Origin: a virus
Taxonomy: Duplodnaviria > Caudoviricetes
Direction: 5' to 3' (one strand)
Length of the DNA stretch: 34,888 nucleotides
IMG/VR virus record: IMGVR_UViG_3300025621_000030
Location: 1 to 34,888 of that record
In this document: piece by piece, positions 26,386 to 34,356 of the stretch
Position numbering within the stretch: position 1 is the stretch's first letter
How the letters are laid out: each line of letters starts with the position of its first letter
Notes under the pieces: model-generated
Told to the model about the DNA's origin: nothing
Seen by the model: only the letters and a program-made list of their open reading frames with translations
Database searches by the model: none
Translations under genes and position numbers: made by a program

Positions 26386-28383
26386 CTATCCATTAGATAA
26401 CTCATAATCATCATATATTCTAAAGTCTACTAGCCTGTAACCCATCTTTCTTACAGTGTTTTTATCTCTTTTGGCATGTATAACAACTCCAACCTTTTCT
26501 AATCTTTGGAACGATCTGTTTATAGAATCACGATTAATTTCCTTACCACTAGTGTTATAAACAGCATGGTGGCCAAAATCATCTGCTGTAAACCATTCTT
26601 CTTCAGGTTTTGGCTTATCTTTTGCTAAAAAATACATTAAAGAAGCAATCTTTTTGTCTTCTGCTTCTTTAACAGCATCTTGAAAATCCTCATCAGAACC
26701 ATCATCTTCAGTCTCAATTAGTAATCCCGAAGTAACATTTAGACCCTCACCAATAACAGTCTCTTCGTGGAAAATAAAATTCTTATCAGTCATTCCCATT
26801 CCATCTTTATTCTTGGTTTGTTTCATCTTGACAAACATTTCTTTTTTATCGCCAACTGTCTTATCTTTCCTTTCAATCAAAAACTCACCATCTATAGATG
26901 CATCAAGAACAGAACTACCCCTAGCTCTTCCTGTATTACCTCTACCAGTATGATGAACAAGCAAAACAGTACAATCAAAGTCTTGAACCAACTGATCTGC
27001 GGCTTTAATAAACTTATTGACCTCTTGAGCAGAATTTTCATCACCACTAAAGTTTCTTTGAAACGTATCAAATATAATTAAACCCACTCCTCCAATCTCG
27101 TCTTTAAGCAAATTTATCTCGTCTTCTAACTTTTGATACTCTTCAGGCTCATTAATTCTATTACCTCTGTTTGATAAAAATAAAGGCACTTCTTCTAATC
27201 CCTTGTCATTACCAGTCTTATCTTGTTTTTTAATATACTGGCTTAGTGCTGCTAATCTGCGTTTTACCCCAGCAACTCCCTCTCCAGCCAAGTAGACTAC
27301 AGGTGCTTTTTTTGTAGCATAACCATAAAAAGATGTTCCTCTTGCTATAGCACAAGCCATTGCAATTGCAATAAACGATTTGCCTGTTTTTGGTGCTCCA
27401 AAAACTGTTATTAATTTATTACGTTCAAAAACATCAGTAATTAGCCAATCAGGATTTGTTACTTCTGCTATATATTTATCAGCCCTTTTTAATCTGAACG
27501 CACCACTTGGTAACTTTTCTTTTTGTTTATAGACAAAGCCAATGAAATCTTCTGCTGACTTAAAAGTTCCTCTTTCATATGCATCGTATAGATCATCTTT
27601 CTCTTTAAACTTTTTAGGTGGTTGTATGATTCTTATTGACCTACAGCCATTTTTCCTTAAATATTCTAATAGATTAGCAGCACATTCTTTACCTGCTTTA
27701 TCATTATCAGGAAATATCCAAATCTCTTTACCAAATATAGGTGTCCAGTCTGCTTTTTCCCAACTATTAACTCCGCCATGCCAAGTACAAGAACTTAATT
27801 CTTTTCCTACTATTGCCTCACAGCCTCTTAGAGCCTTTTCACCTTCATTTATTACGACAGGCTTGTCATCACCCTTATTATTAAAATAAATGGGTAATTT
27901 GCCCTCAGGTCGCTTCAAAGACCATGTGCCATCAATACCCAGGGTAAAGGGAGCATACTTCTGTTTAATTGCATGACCTTCAGGAAACCTAAGAACCATA
28001 AAATTATCAGCATACTTTAGCTTAACAATTGCCTGTCTATACAAGTCAACCATCTGCTCCCTAGAGAATGATCTAGCATTACTTTTAGGCTTAGCGACAG
28101 GGGAATCACTAAAGCCAGTTAGTAAGGAGTCATTAGACTGTAATGCTAGATCATGACCAAACTGTTTTAAAACTGTATTTACATCTTGATTTAGATGTTT
28201 AATTAAATCTATTACTCCCCCACCGACTCCTGCTTCATGGTCATAGAATGTACCATCAGATAGGTTGAGACACATACTACCCTTGCGACCCCATCTATAT
28301 TCATTAGATGAGGTGCTAGTAGGTTCTCCTAGTAGTTGCTTTGCAACATCAGGAGCTATTCTTTGCCAATCAATATGCTCCAT
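26386..28383 (-). CDS. Primase-helicase (Toprim + RepA-like AAA_25)
   Basis: Toprim INEGEKA, WHGG, IFPDND; Walker A GAPKTGKS; YLAGEG; Walker B IIFDT; LVHHTG, ARGSS. Confidence 0.92.
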   Translation of the reverse strand: MEHIDWQRIAPDVAKQLLGEPTSTSSNEYRWGRKGSMCLNLSDGTFYDHEAGVGGGVIDLIKHLNQDVNTVLKQFGHDLALQSNDSLLTGFSDSPVAKPKSNARSFSREQMVDLYRQAIVKLKYADNFMVLRFPEGHAIKQKYAPFTLGIDGTWSLKRPEGKLPIYFNNKGDDKPVVINEGEKALRGCEAIVGKELSSCTWHGGVNSWEKADWTPIFGKEIWIFPDNDKAGKECAANLLEYLRKNGCRSIRIIQPPKKFKEKDDLYDAYERGTFKSAEDFIGFVYKQKEKLPSGAFRLKRADKYIAEVTNPDWLITDVFERNKLITVFGAPKTGKSFIAIAMACAIARGTSFYGYATKKAPVVYLAGEGVAGVKRRLAALSQYIKKQDKTGNDKGLEEVPLFLSNRGNRINEPEEYQKLEDEINLLKDEIGGVGLIIFDTFQRNFSGDENSAQEVNKFIKAADQLVQDFDCTVLLVHHTGRGNTGRARGSSVLDASIDGEFLIERKDKTVGDKKEMFVKMKQTKNKDGMGMTDKNFIFHEETVIGEGLNVTSGLLIETEDDGSDEDFQDAVKEAEDKKIASLMYFLAKDKPKPEEEWFTADDFGHHAVYNTSGKEINRDSINRSFQRLEKVGVVIHAKRDKNTVRKMGYRLVDFRIYDDYELSNG

Positions 28384-28998
28384 TTAAAAAGGAATATCGT
28401 CATCTGATAATTCATTCTTATCGACCATTTCTTGGACTTTTTCTGCAAGACCATCATTAGGACTCTTGAAAGTATCTTCTACTTCTTCATCTTCTTTGCC
28501 ATAAAATGAAGGTATAACAAAATTGTCAAACCTTGGTGCAAACTTAGAGAACTCAAAAGTTAGCTCTGATGACCTTCCTATACCAACCTGTATCTCTTTT
28601 GAGCCTTTATACTCAACAACAGGCAATGAATCACTACTGGCATCCATTTGATTCCAAAAGCTACTTAATATCTTATTAAATGCACTAGATTCAGCAAAAG
28701 TAAATCTACTCCATATTAATGCGTGTTCATGTCCATGTGGCATAACACAACAACTAAATGCTCTTTTCCAATCATCACCAGGCTTTGTACTAGCCTTGCC
28801 AAAGTTATCATCCCAAACATACTGATACTCACCAGCATATCTGCCCCAACCACTTTTAAATGTTGCAGGGTCTAACTGCAAGTATTTAAAATCAATTGGT
28901 GTTTTGCCATTAACAAAAAATTGTTGATCGGCAGTTTTAAAAGCAAGATAAACTTGCTGTCCTTCAGTGGAATTACTCATTCCTCCTAATATATCCAT
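28384..28998 (-). CDS. Putative single-stranded DNA-binding protein
   Basis: Acidic C-terminus ending DDDIPF; directly upstream of the primase-helicase. Confidence 0.65.
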   Translation of the reverse strand: MDILGGMSNSTEGQQVYLAFKTADQQFFVNGKTPIDFKYLQLDPATFKSGWGRYAGEYQYVWDDNFGKASTKPGDDWKRAFSCCVMPHGHEHALIWSRFTFAESSAFNKILSSFWNQMDASSDSLPVVEYKGSKEIQVGIGRSSELTFEFSKFAPRFDNFVIPSFYGKEDEEVEDTFKSPNDGLAEKVQEMVDKNELSDDDIPF

Positions 28999-29013
28999 AA
29001 TACTCTCCTATGG

Positions 29014-29223
29014 TTAATGTATTGTTCTATCAATACTGTTTAAGTAATCAGCTTCAAGTTGGGTATAACACCTTTCCTTGAAACTATAATAATCCTCATC
29101 ATTTGTAATGCCAAAGACATCACATGCAATGCTGATTCTTTCGTAGGCACGCCTACAAAACTCTTCAAAGTCTTCCTGTAGCAAATAACTATTTAAATCC
29201 ATTCGCTTTTTGTAAGACTTCAT
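29014..29223 (-). CDS. Hypothetical acidic protein (start may be 29202)
   Basis: ORF track. Confidence 0.65.
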   Translation of the reverse strand: MKSYKKRMDLNSYLLQEDFEEFCRRAYERISIACDVFGITNDEDYYSFKERCYTQLEADYLNSIDRTIH

Positions 29224-29611
29224 CTAAAATTTCACATAATTCTGATAATGGGCAATTATAGGTGCAATTCCAATTTGCCTTGTCAACACTTGTTACCAGG
29301 AACAAGGGAATCACACACATAATTTGCTTTCTATCATATTTATAAATAAGTAATGGTATTAGGCTATCGCCAGCACTCTCTACTGCTTGTTGCCACCATT
29401 CATTTTTATAAGTTGTTTTCTTAGCACTCTCCTTATATCTTTTACACTCAATCGCGAACTTATCAAAATATATATCAGCCATGCCTTTAGTTTGGTATTG
29501 ATCTAGGTTTCTCTTGACTCTAGTTTCTATACCCCTTGATTCAAGAGCAGTGTTCAGTTTATTAACAATAACCCTTTCAAATGCTGCTCCTTTGTTTCTA
29601 CTGTTTACCAT
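29189..29611 (-). CDS. Holliday junction resolvase-like PD-(D/E)XK nuclease
   Basis: NSRNKGAAFER, ADI, IECKRY, WWQQA, PLLIYK motifs. Confidence 0.8.
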   Translation of the reverse strand: MVNSRNKGAAFERVIVNKLNTALESRGIETRVKRNLDQYQTKGMADIYFDKFAIECKRYKESAKKTTYKNEWWQQAVESAGDSLIPLLIYKYDRKQIMCVIPLFLVTSVDKANWNCTYNCPLSELCEILDEVLQKANGFK

Positions 29612-29718
29612 TAATCTAATTTATTAAGTATGTAGATAGCAGCCACCACGCTGACTATTGTTACGATTGCTAACAACCCAACAAAGCCACCAATTAAATA
29701 TAGAATCCAGTCAAGCAT
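29611..29718 (-). CDS. Small single-TM membrane protein, 35 aa
   Basis: MLDWILYLIGGFVGLLAIVTIVSVVAAIYILNKLD; TAATG coupling. Confidence 0.6.
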   Translation of the reverse strand: MLDWILYLIGGFVGLLAIVTIVSVVAAIYILNKLD

Positions 29719-29875
29719 CAAAATCTGTCCTTACAACCCTTCCACTTTGGTATTTTATTTCTCTGTAATGTGTTCCTGCACCTTTCTGAAAATAGTAATA
29801 GGCAATTTGCTTGTCTAGTTTTTCATTCTTTAACTCTTCTCTTCTTTTAGCTACTGCTTTGCTATTTTGACCCAT
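29711..29875 (-). CDS. Hypothetical protein, 54 aa (MGQNSKAVAKRREELK...)
   Basis: GGAG RBS; overlaps both neighbours. Confidence 0.65.
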   Translation of the reverse strand: MGQNSKAVAKRREELKNEKLDKQIAYYYFQKGAGTHYREIKYQSGRVVRTDFDA

Positions 29876-30026
29876 TCTTTTTCTCCGCTTTATATGAAAC
29901 CATACCTAGCTTTAAAACCATCTGCGAAGCAGACTCAATAGTCATGTTGTTTTGTATTGCAAATATCTTGATTTCTTTATGCAAGTCCTCCGATATCCAT
30001 AGTGCTTTTTTTATCTTCTCATCCAT
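29862..30026 (-). CDS. Small ribbon-helix-helix-like regulator, 54 aa
   Basis: MDEKIKKALWISEDLHKEIKIFAIQNNMTIESASQMVLKLG; Arc/CopG-like pattern; GGAGAG RBS. Confidence 0.55.
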   Translation of the reverse strand: MDEKIKKALWISEDLHKEIKIFAIQNNMTIESASQMVLKLGMVSYKAEKKNGSK

Positions 30027-30114
30027 TCTAACTCTCCTTTTTTATATTAATATTAATTTAAGATTTTTACCACTTCTTTTGTGTTTATATGTGTTTGATG
30101 ACCTATAATCTTGT

Positions 30115-30173
30115 TAAGGGCAATTGATAAACTCTCCATAAATCTAAATACTCTCATTATCTATTTGCCCTTA
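30115..30173 (+). ncRNA. Candidate antisense hairpin sRNA
   Basis: TATAAT at 30104-30109; stem TAAGGGCAA..GATAA / TTATC..TTGCCCTTA; 26-nt loop carrying two anti-SD motifs. Confidence 0.4.
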
Positions 30174-30174
30174 C

Positions 30175-31005
30175 TCACAAAACCAACTCAACAACATTAG
30201 GACTATTGTAAATACTTAAAGGTTTACCCTTCTGATATTCTTTATAGTCATTCAAATACCTTTCCATAATCAACCAACCAAAATCCATTTGCTCATCAGT
30301 AATTTTAAATACTTTAGATGCATAAGGATAAGTCTTTTCCTGAGCAACAAATACAAACTCCTGAACATCATATCCAGCCTTCTGCATACCTCTTCTATAC
30401 CAAGCTGCTTGCATATCATAGCCATACTTCTTCACTGACCTAGCAAACATATAAGGTTCACATGATTGGGTAGTCTTATAATCTATGACCACAATACTGT
30501 TCTCAGTATCACGACTAATAAGAGGGTCACATATAGCATCAGGTCTACACTTACAAAGCACATCATCTTCATACCAGTAAAAACTTGCTTCAGCTACTTT
30601 ACCTTTAGCATTAAGATAAGCATTACCCTCATAAACCATATTGTCTCTCATGCCCTTTATAGTCTCTAAGTCAGCTTCCTTAATAACAGTCATGCCCTTC
30701 TCTTCACATTCTATCTTCTGCTCCTTGTATGCCTTTGTATAAGGTGAGCCTTCTAAGACTGTTATCTCTTTATTAAATGCATCTATGCCTTCAACTAACA
30801 TTGAATGAGCAGCAGTTCCAAAGGTCATAGCTGGTGTTGTCTCTTGCTTATGTTCTAAAGCATGAAGCTGAGACTCACCAAACCTTCTAATAAAACTACT
30901 ACTGATACCAACATTGGCATGATAGTCCTCATTGGGTATGTCTTTATATATCAACGCATCCCAACGTTTTTCTGATTCATAGTTCTTTAGTTCTTCTATC
31001 ATCAT
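30175..31005 (-). CDS. RecE/ExoVIII-like PD-(D/E)XK exonuclease (DUF3799-like)
   Basis: NEDYHA..ISSS, FGTAAH, KCRPD, IDYKTT, YGYDMQAAWY, FVFVAQEK motifs. Confidence 0.9.
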   Translation of the reverse strand: MMIEELKNYESEKRWDALIYKDIPNEDYHANVGISSSFIRRFGESQLHALEHKQETTPAMTFGTAAHSMLVEGIDAFNKEITVLEGSPYTKAYKEQKIECEEKGMTVIKEADLETIKGMRDNMVYEGNAYLNAKGKVAEASFYWYEDDVLCKCRPDAICDPLISRDTENSIVVIDYKTTQSCEPYMFARSVKKYGYDMQAAWYRRGMQKAGYDVQEFVFVAQEKTYPYASKVFKITDEQMDFGWLIMERYLNDYKEYQKGKPLSIYNSPNVVELVL

Positions 31006-31583
31006 CTCTGCTCACCCCACTGATTTGCCATAGCATCTGCTATGCCAGTATAAAATTTACTTCTTTCTTTTCCTTTACCACCACCAATCCACCAAATTCT
31101 ATGCTTTTCTTTGTCAGGCAGTGCATCTGTTTCTTTTTTTACATTATTTGTTTCTTTTAATTTAGGTAAGTTCTTCAACCACAAACAAGTTCTTTTATAT
31201 TCCATGTGACCAAACTGAAATGGATTTATCATTTGGTCAGATTTTCTTATGTATGAAGAGATTACACTTACAGGATTTTCAATGCATATTTTATCAATAG
31301 GTGCATCCATAAGTTTTTTCACAAACTCTATAGCTTCATCTCTTAAATACATTGGTTTTCTTCCTTCAGTAAACCACCTTGCACCACTAACTGATAGGTG
31401 TGTGCATGGTGGATGTGCAATCATTAAATCCCACCCATCATTAATAATATCTAATACATCACCTTGATAATGTTTACCTTCTGACTCAGTTGGTAAGATA
31501 TCGCAACTGGTAGCATCATGTCCTTTTTTAGTGAAAGCATCTCTCACTATTCCACTATATTCGCAAGCAACTAAAACTTTCAT
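31002..31583 (-). CDS. Short phage DNA cytosine methyltransferase-like protein
   Basis: VLVACEYSG, DLMIAHPPCT, IENPV, GIADAMANQWG motifs. Confidence 0.75.
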   Translation of the reverse strand: MKVLVACEYSGIVRDAFTKKGHDATSCDILPTESEGKHYQGDVLDIINDGWDLMIAHPPCTHLSVSGARWFTEGRKPMYLRDEAIEFVKKLMDAPIDKICIENPVSVISSYIRKSDQMINPFQFGHMEYKRTCLWLKNLPKLKETNNVKKETDALPDKEKHRIWWIGGGKGKERSKFYTGIADAMANQWGEQR

Positions 31584-31759
31584 CTCTGCTCACCCATTAA
31601 ATATGCAATCTCAAGCAAAGAATCTCTGACAACATATTCTTCATTTGCTGTTTGAACTTTGTTCTCGCCAGTAAGGTAGTCTTTGTAGTAACCCCTTATT
31701 TGCCTTTTAGTTAAGATCAATGGCTTGACCTTGCCGACTTCATTAAATTGTATATCCAT
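31580..31759 (-). CDS. Hypothetical protein, 59 aa (MDIQFNEVGK...)
   Basis: AGGGGG RBS and TAATG coupling favour start 31759. Confidence 0.7.
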   Translation of the reverse strand: MDIQFNEVGKVKPLILTKRQIRGYYKDYLTGENKVQTANEEYVVRDSLLEIAYLMGEQR

Positions 31760-31848
31760 TAAATATTCCCCCTTTGTAATAAGTAAAGTAACCATAAGCA
31801 CACAACCATACCCAGTAGTGCTAATCGCATCATAAGTTCATGTTTCAT
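31759..31848 (-). CDS. Small membrane peptide, 29 aa
   Basis: MKHELMMRLALLGMVVCLWLLYLLQRGNI; AAGGAG RBS; first gene after promoter P3. Confidence 0.6.
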   Translation of the reverse strand: MKHELMMRLALLGMVVCLWLLYLLQRGNI

Positions 31849-31878
31849 AATTAACTCCTTTCTAATTAATATAAATAT

Positions 31879-31907
31879 ATATTAAATTATATTTAAATAC
31901 AATGCAA
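31879..31907 (-). promoter_or_regulatory. Sigma70-type promoter P3 for the replication/recombination operon
   Basis: TTGCAT-17 bp-TAATAT; same -35 as P1. Confidence 0.55.
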
Positions 31908-31910
31908 GGA

Positions 31911-32357
31911 TTAAATTATAGGATTTAGAACAGGTACAGAACTAAGAGTATCAAGTGATTCTTGAAGTGAATCAATCTCCATAGTGTCAGTGATAATCTT
32001 CTTATCAAAGGTGAAATAGTTTTGTGAGGATGTGTTGGATTTAAATAGGATTCTTTTATGTTCATCATAGAAGAATACAAAGGCTAAGATATCACAATGA
32101 TAGTTCTTGTAAGTTCCTGACATTGATCTTGAGTTTTCAGCAGCAAAGACAAACTTCTTTTCTTTAGTAGCTCTTCTACTTTTGACTTGCACTGTATATT
32201 TAGCGTTGCCAAATTCAACCATTAAATCAGCAGGATGTTTTTCTTGGGTTGGGAAGCAGAAGTCTGCATATTCCAAAAGGAATGTTTGTACCAGGGATTC
32301 ACCCAAAGCACCTAGTCTTGAATTATTTTGATGTTGGTCTGATGTTTTTCTTGGCAT
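31911..32357 (-). CDS. PD-(D/E)XK endonuclease (free-standing homing-endonuclease-like)
   Basis: GALGE.LV...ADL.V....VQVKS...Y..DILAFV signature. Confidence 0.7.
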   Translation of the reverse strand: MPRKTSDQHQNNSRLGALGESLVQTFLLEYADFCFPTQEKHPADLMVEFGNAKYTVQVKSRRATKEKKFVFAAENSRSMSGTYKNYHCDILAFVFFYDEHKRILFKSNTSSQNYFTFDKKIITDTMEIDSLQESLDTLSSVPVLNPII

Positions 32358-32766
32358 TTTGACATAAGGCTAACTGCCTTGAATTATAAGCTGCTCTATT
32401 AGGGGTCTGATTTGCATACTTACTTCTAAGTATTTCCTCTGATGCTTCTAGCCAGCACTCCATCTCCATTAATGCTCTTGTATGTCTAAAAGCCATCCAT
32501 CCTGTTATGCCCATTTGAAAGGTGCAATCAATACAAACTAATTGAGCCTTCTCAGGAAAACTTCTCCATACATGCCAGTGCTTGTCTAAACTGTCTATGA
32601 CTCTTTTAATATCGTTATCAAGCAGATACATAGCTTCATCTTCTGTTATGCCATTTGCTTCTAGGTTTTTTCCCACGCCTATTGTTAACTTGCCTTCAGA
32701 ACATTTATAAGGGAATGTTCTCATGCCCTCATGTTTGAGTAGCATTTCTTTTACATTGTCTAACAT
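32323..32766 (-). CDS. Endolysin, phage lysozyme family
   Basis: HEG.R..PYKC..GKLTIGVG.NL; FQMG; S.YA.QTPNRA motifs. Confidence 0.9.
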   Translation of the reverse strand: MLDNVKEMLLKHEGMRTFPYKCSEGKLTIGVGKNLEANGITEDEAMYLLDNDIKRVIDSLDKHWHVWRSFPEKAQLVCIDCTFQMGITGWMAFRHTRALMEMECWLEASEEILRSKYANQTPNRAAYNSRQLALCQNAKKNIRPTSK

Positions 32767-32767
32767 A

Positions 32768-33046
32768 TTATCTAACTTCCTTTTTATGTAAGTCTAATTC
32801 TGTTTGTAAGATTAAAACTTCCTTTTCTAATTCTATCACCTGTTCTTCTAGGACTCTAATATCAGGGAATATATATTTGTTTTGATTTGCTCTTAGGTTT
32901 TGTATCTCTCTGTCATTAAAGTCTATCTTTTCACTAATATTTGCATAACCCCAAACAGCTAAAGCTATAGCACCTATTATTTGTAATAAATAACTAAGAG
33001 AGATATTTAAAGTTGACTTATCATCAACCTTAGCTAGCTCACTCAT
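32768..33046 (-). CDS. Membrane-anchored coiled-coil protein (possible i-spanin-like)
   Basis: One N-terminal TM followed by coiled coil, inside the lysis cluster. Confidence 0.45.
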   Translation of the reverse strand: MSELAKVDDKSTLNISLSYLLQIIGAIALAVWGYANISEKIDFNDREIQNLRANQNKYIFPDIRVLEEQVIELEKEVLILQTELDLHKKEVR

Positions 33047-33417
33047 TATCTTCCTACGCCTTTAACCCTCTCAAAAGACCTCATACCACCCAAACCCAAC
33101 ATACCCATTAATACAGGTAGCATAGTAGATGTATCAGCTTGAGGCACGACTATTCCAAAGGGTGCTAGCAATGGACTGATTAGGAAATTAACTGCAAAGC
33201 CTGCAACACATACCCAAGCTGTTGCTGGTCTCCATGATGATTGAAACCAACTGCCCTTAGCTTCTTCTTTGTTTACTTCTATTTGTGCTTTTGCAATCTC
33301 ATGGATATGCTTTTGAGACATGGTAGCAATTTCATGTGCTATCTTTTGTTTTGTATCAGCATCAGGAATGAACTTATCTAGTAAGTCGCTGACTGGTTTG
33401 ATAAGTTTGTCTATCAT
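33046..33417 (-). CDS. Holin, 3TM (GTA-holin-like) family
   Basis: LLDKFIPD, QIEVNKEEA, WRPA.AWVC, LMGMLGLGGMRSFE motifs. Confidence 0.85.
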   Translation of the reverse strand: MIDKLIKPVSDLLDKFIPDADTKQKIAHEIATMSQKHIHEIAKAQIEVNKEEAKGSWFQSSWRPATAWVCVAGFAVNFLISPLLAPFGIVVPQADTSTMLPVLMGMLGLGGMRSFERVKGVGR

Positions 33418-33420
33418 ATA

Positions 33421-33621
33421 TTAAATTAAATAATCTTTGAGAAGAATCAATAACATTGATATAACTATTGTTGTAAGACCGCCTTTAATCCAGTTATTTA
33501 AACCATTAATATCATCATCTAGTTTTTCAAAGTGTTTAAATGCTGTAGTCCACCTTTCTGCACATTGTGTCTCATGTACTTGTAAGGATGCATGAACTTC
33601 TTGGGCGGTCTTTCTTGGCAT
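33421..33621 (-). CDS. XhlA/hemolysin-like small membrane protein
   Basis: HE..CAERW coiled coil plus C-terminal TM. Confidence 0.55.
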   Translation of the reverse strand: MPRKTAQEVHASLQVHETQCAERWTTAFKHFEKLDDDINGLNNWIKGGLTTIVISMLLILLKDYLI

Positions 33622-33881
33622 TATTCTTCCTCAACAACCTCAGCTACATCTTCAGCATTGATAGCTCTATCAAATGATTCAATTACTAAGTTTTTATATT
33701 CATTAGTAATTACATAGTCATCATAGTGCTCTTGAAGTCTAGCTAATTTTTTACCAGCAACATTTAATTTAGCAGCTAAAGCCATCTGCTCTTCATTTAG
33801 GTCAGCAGCTCTATACTCAACATCATTAAATGTAATGATTACTGGTTCTTGGTTTTCCATCTTATTTTCTTCGTTACTCAT
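33621..33881 (-). CDS. Hypothetical protein (possible fibre-associated chaperone), 86 aa
   Basis: ITFNDVEY...DL.EEQ followed by coiled coil; GGAGAG RBS. Confidence 0.55.
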   Translation of the reverse strand: MSNEENKMENQEPVIITFNDVEYRAADLNEEQMALAAKLNVAGKKLARLQEHYDDYVITNEYKNLVIESFDRAINAEDVAEVVEEE

Positions 33882-33927
33882 TAGTCTCTCCTATAAGTTT
33901 ATTAAAATTAAATTATATACTAAGAAA

Positions 33928-34236
33928 TTATAATGATGCAGTTTCATTAGCAGTTTTCTTTGCTTCTTTAACTTCATCAGTCCACACTGCTGTTGCAATG
34001 CCCTGAACCTCTGTAGACTCTCCTGATACATCTGTATCTGTATGAGTCCAACTATCGTCATCATTCTTTACAGAGCTTACACATTCTAATGCGTGTCTAT
34101 GGAAAGACCTTGATAGCTCTACATATCCTTTAGCATCTGTACCTTCTTTGATAACTGTAGCTGTTCTTACTTGTATAGTTTTGTAGTCTCCTACAACTTC
34201 TATTTTATCTTCTATTATTTCTTTTGTTATTGCCAT
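33928..34236 (-). CDS. Putative tail fibre assembly/adhesin partner
   Basis: DKIEVVG..IQVRTATVI..ELSRSFHRH; directly downstream of the DDYEEGT-type fibre tip. Confidence 0.6.
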   Translation of the reverse strand: MAITKEIIEDKIEVVGDYKTIQVRTATVIKEGTDAKGYVELSRSFHRHALECVSSVKNDDDSWTHTDTDVSGESTEVQGIATAVWTDEVKEAKKTANETASL

Positions 34237-34356
34237 TCTATTTTCTCCTTTTGTCCGTACCTAGAATCCACTAGGTATATTGTTAAAATTGTTCGTCTAT
34301 TCATATGTTATTCTATTTTTCCTGTCTGTGCCTAGCGTCCGATAGGCGTATGGTTG
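34237..34356. promoter_or_regulatory. Two tandem diverged copies of a hairpin + RBS leader element
   Basis: TACCTAG-AATCCA-CTAGGTA (34258-34277) and GCCTA-GCGTCCGA-TAGGC (34330-34347), each next to TTCTATTTT..CC..TGTC. Confidence 0.6.

Noticed and set aside
24346-31467. Plus-strand ORFs 24346, 25811, 26767, 27542, 30466, 31249
   Set aside because: Antisense to conserved minus-strand genes.
34227-34304. 25-aa minus-strand micro-ORF MNRRTILTIYLVDSRYGQKEKIEWQ
   Set aside because: Poor SD spacing and it runs over the hairpin leader; likely incidental.
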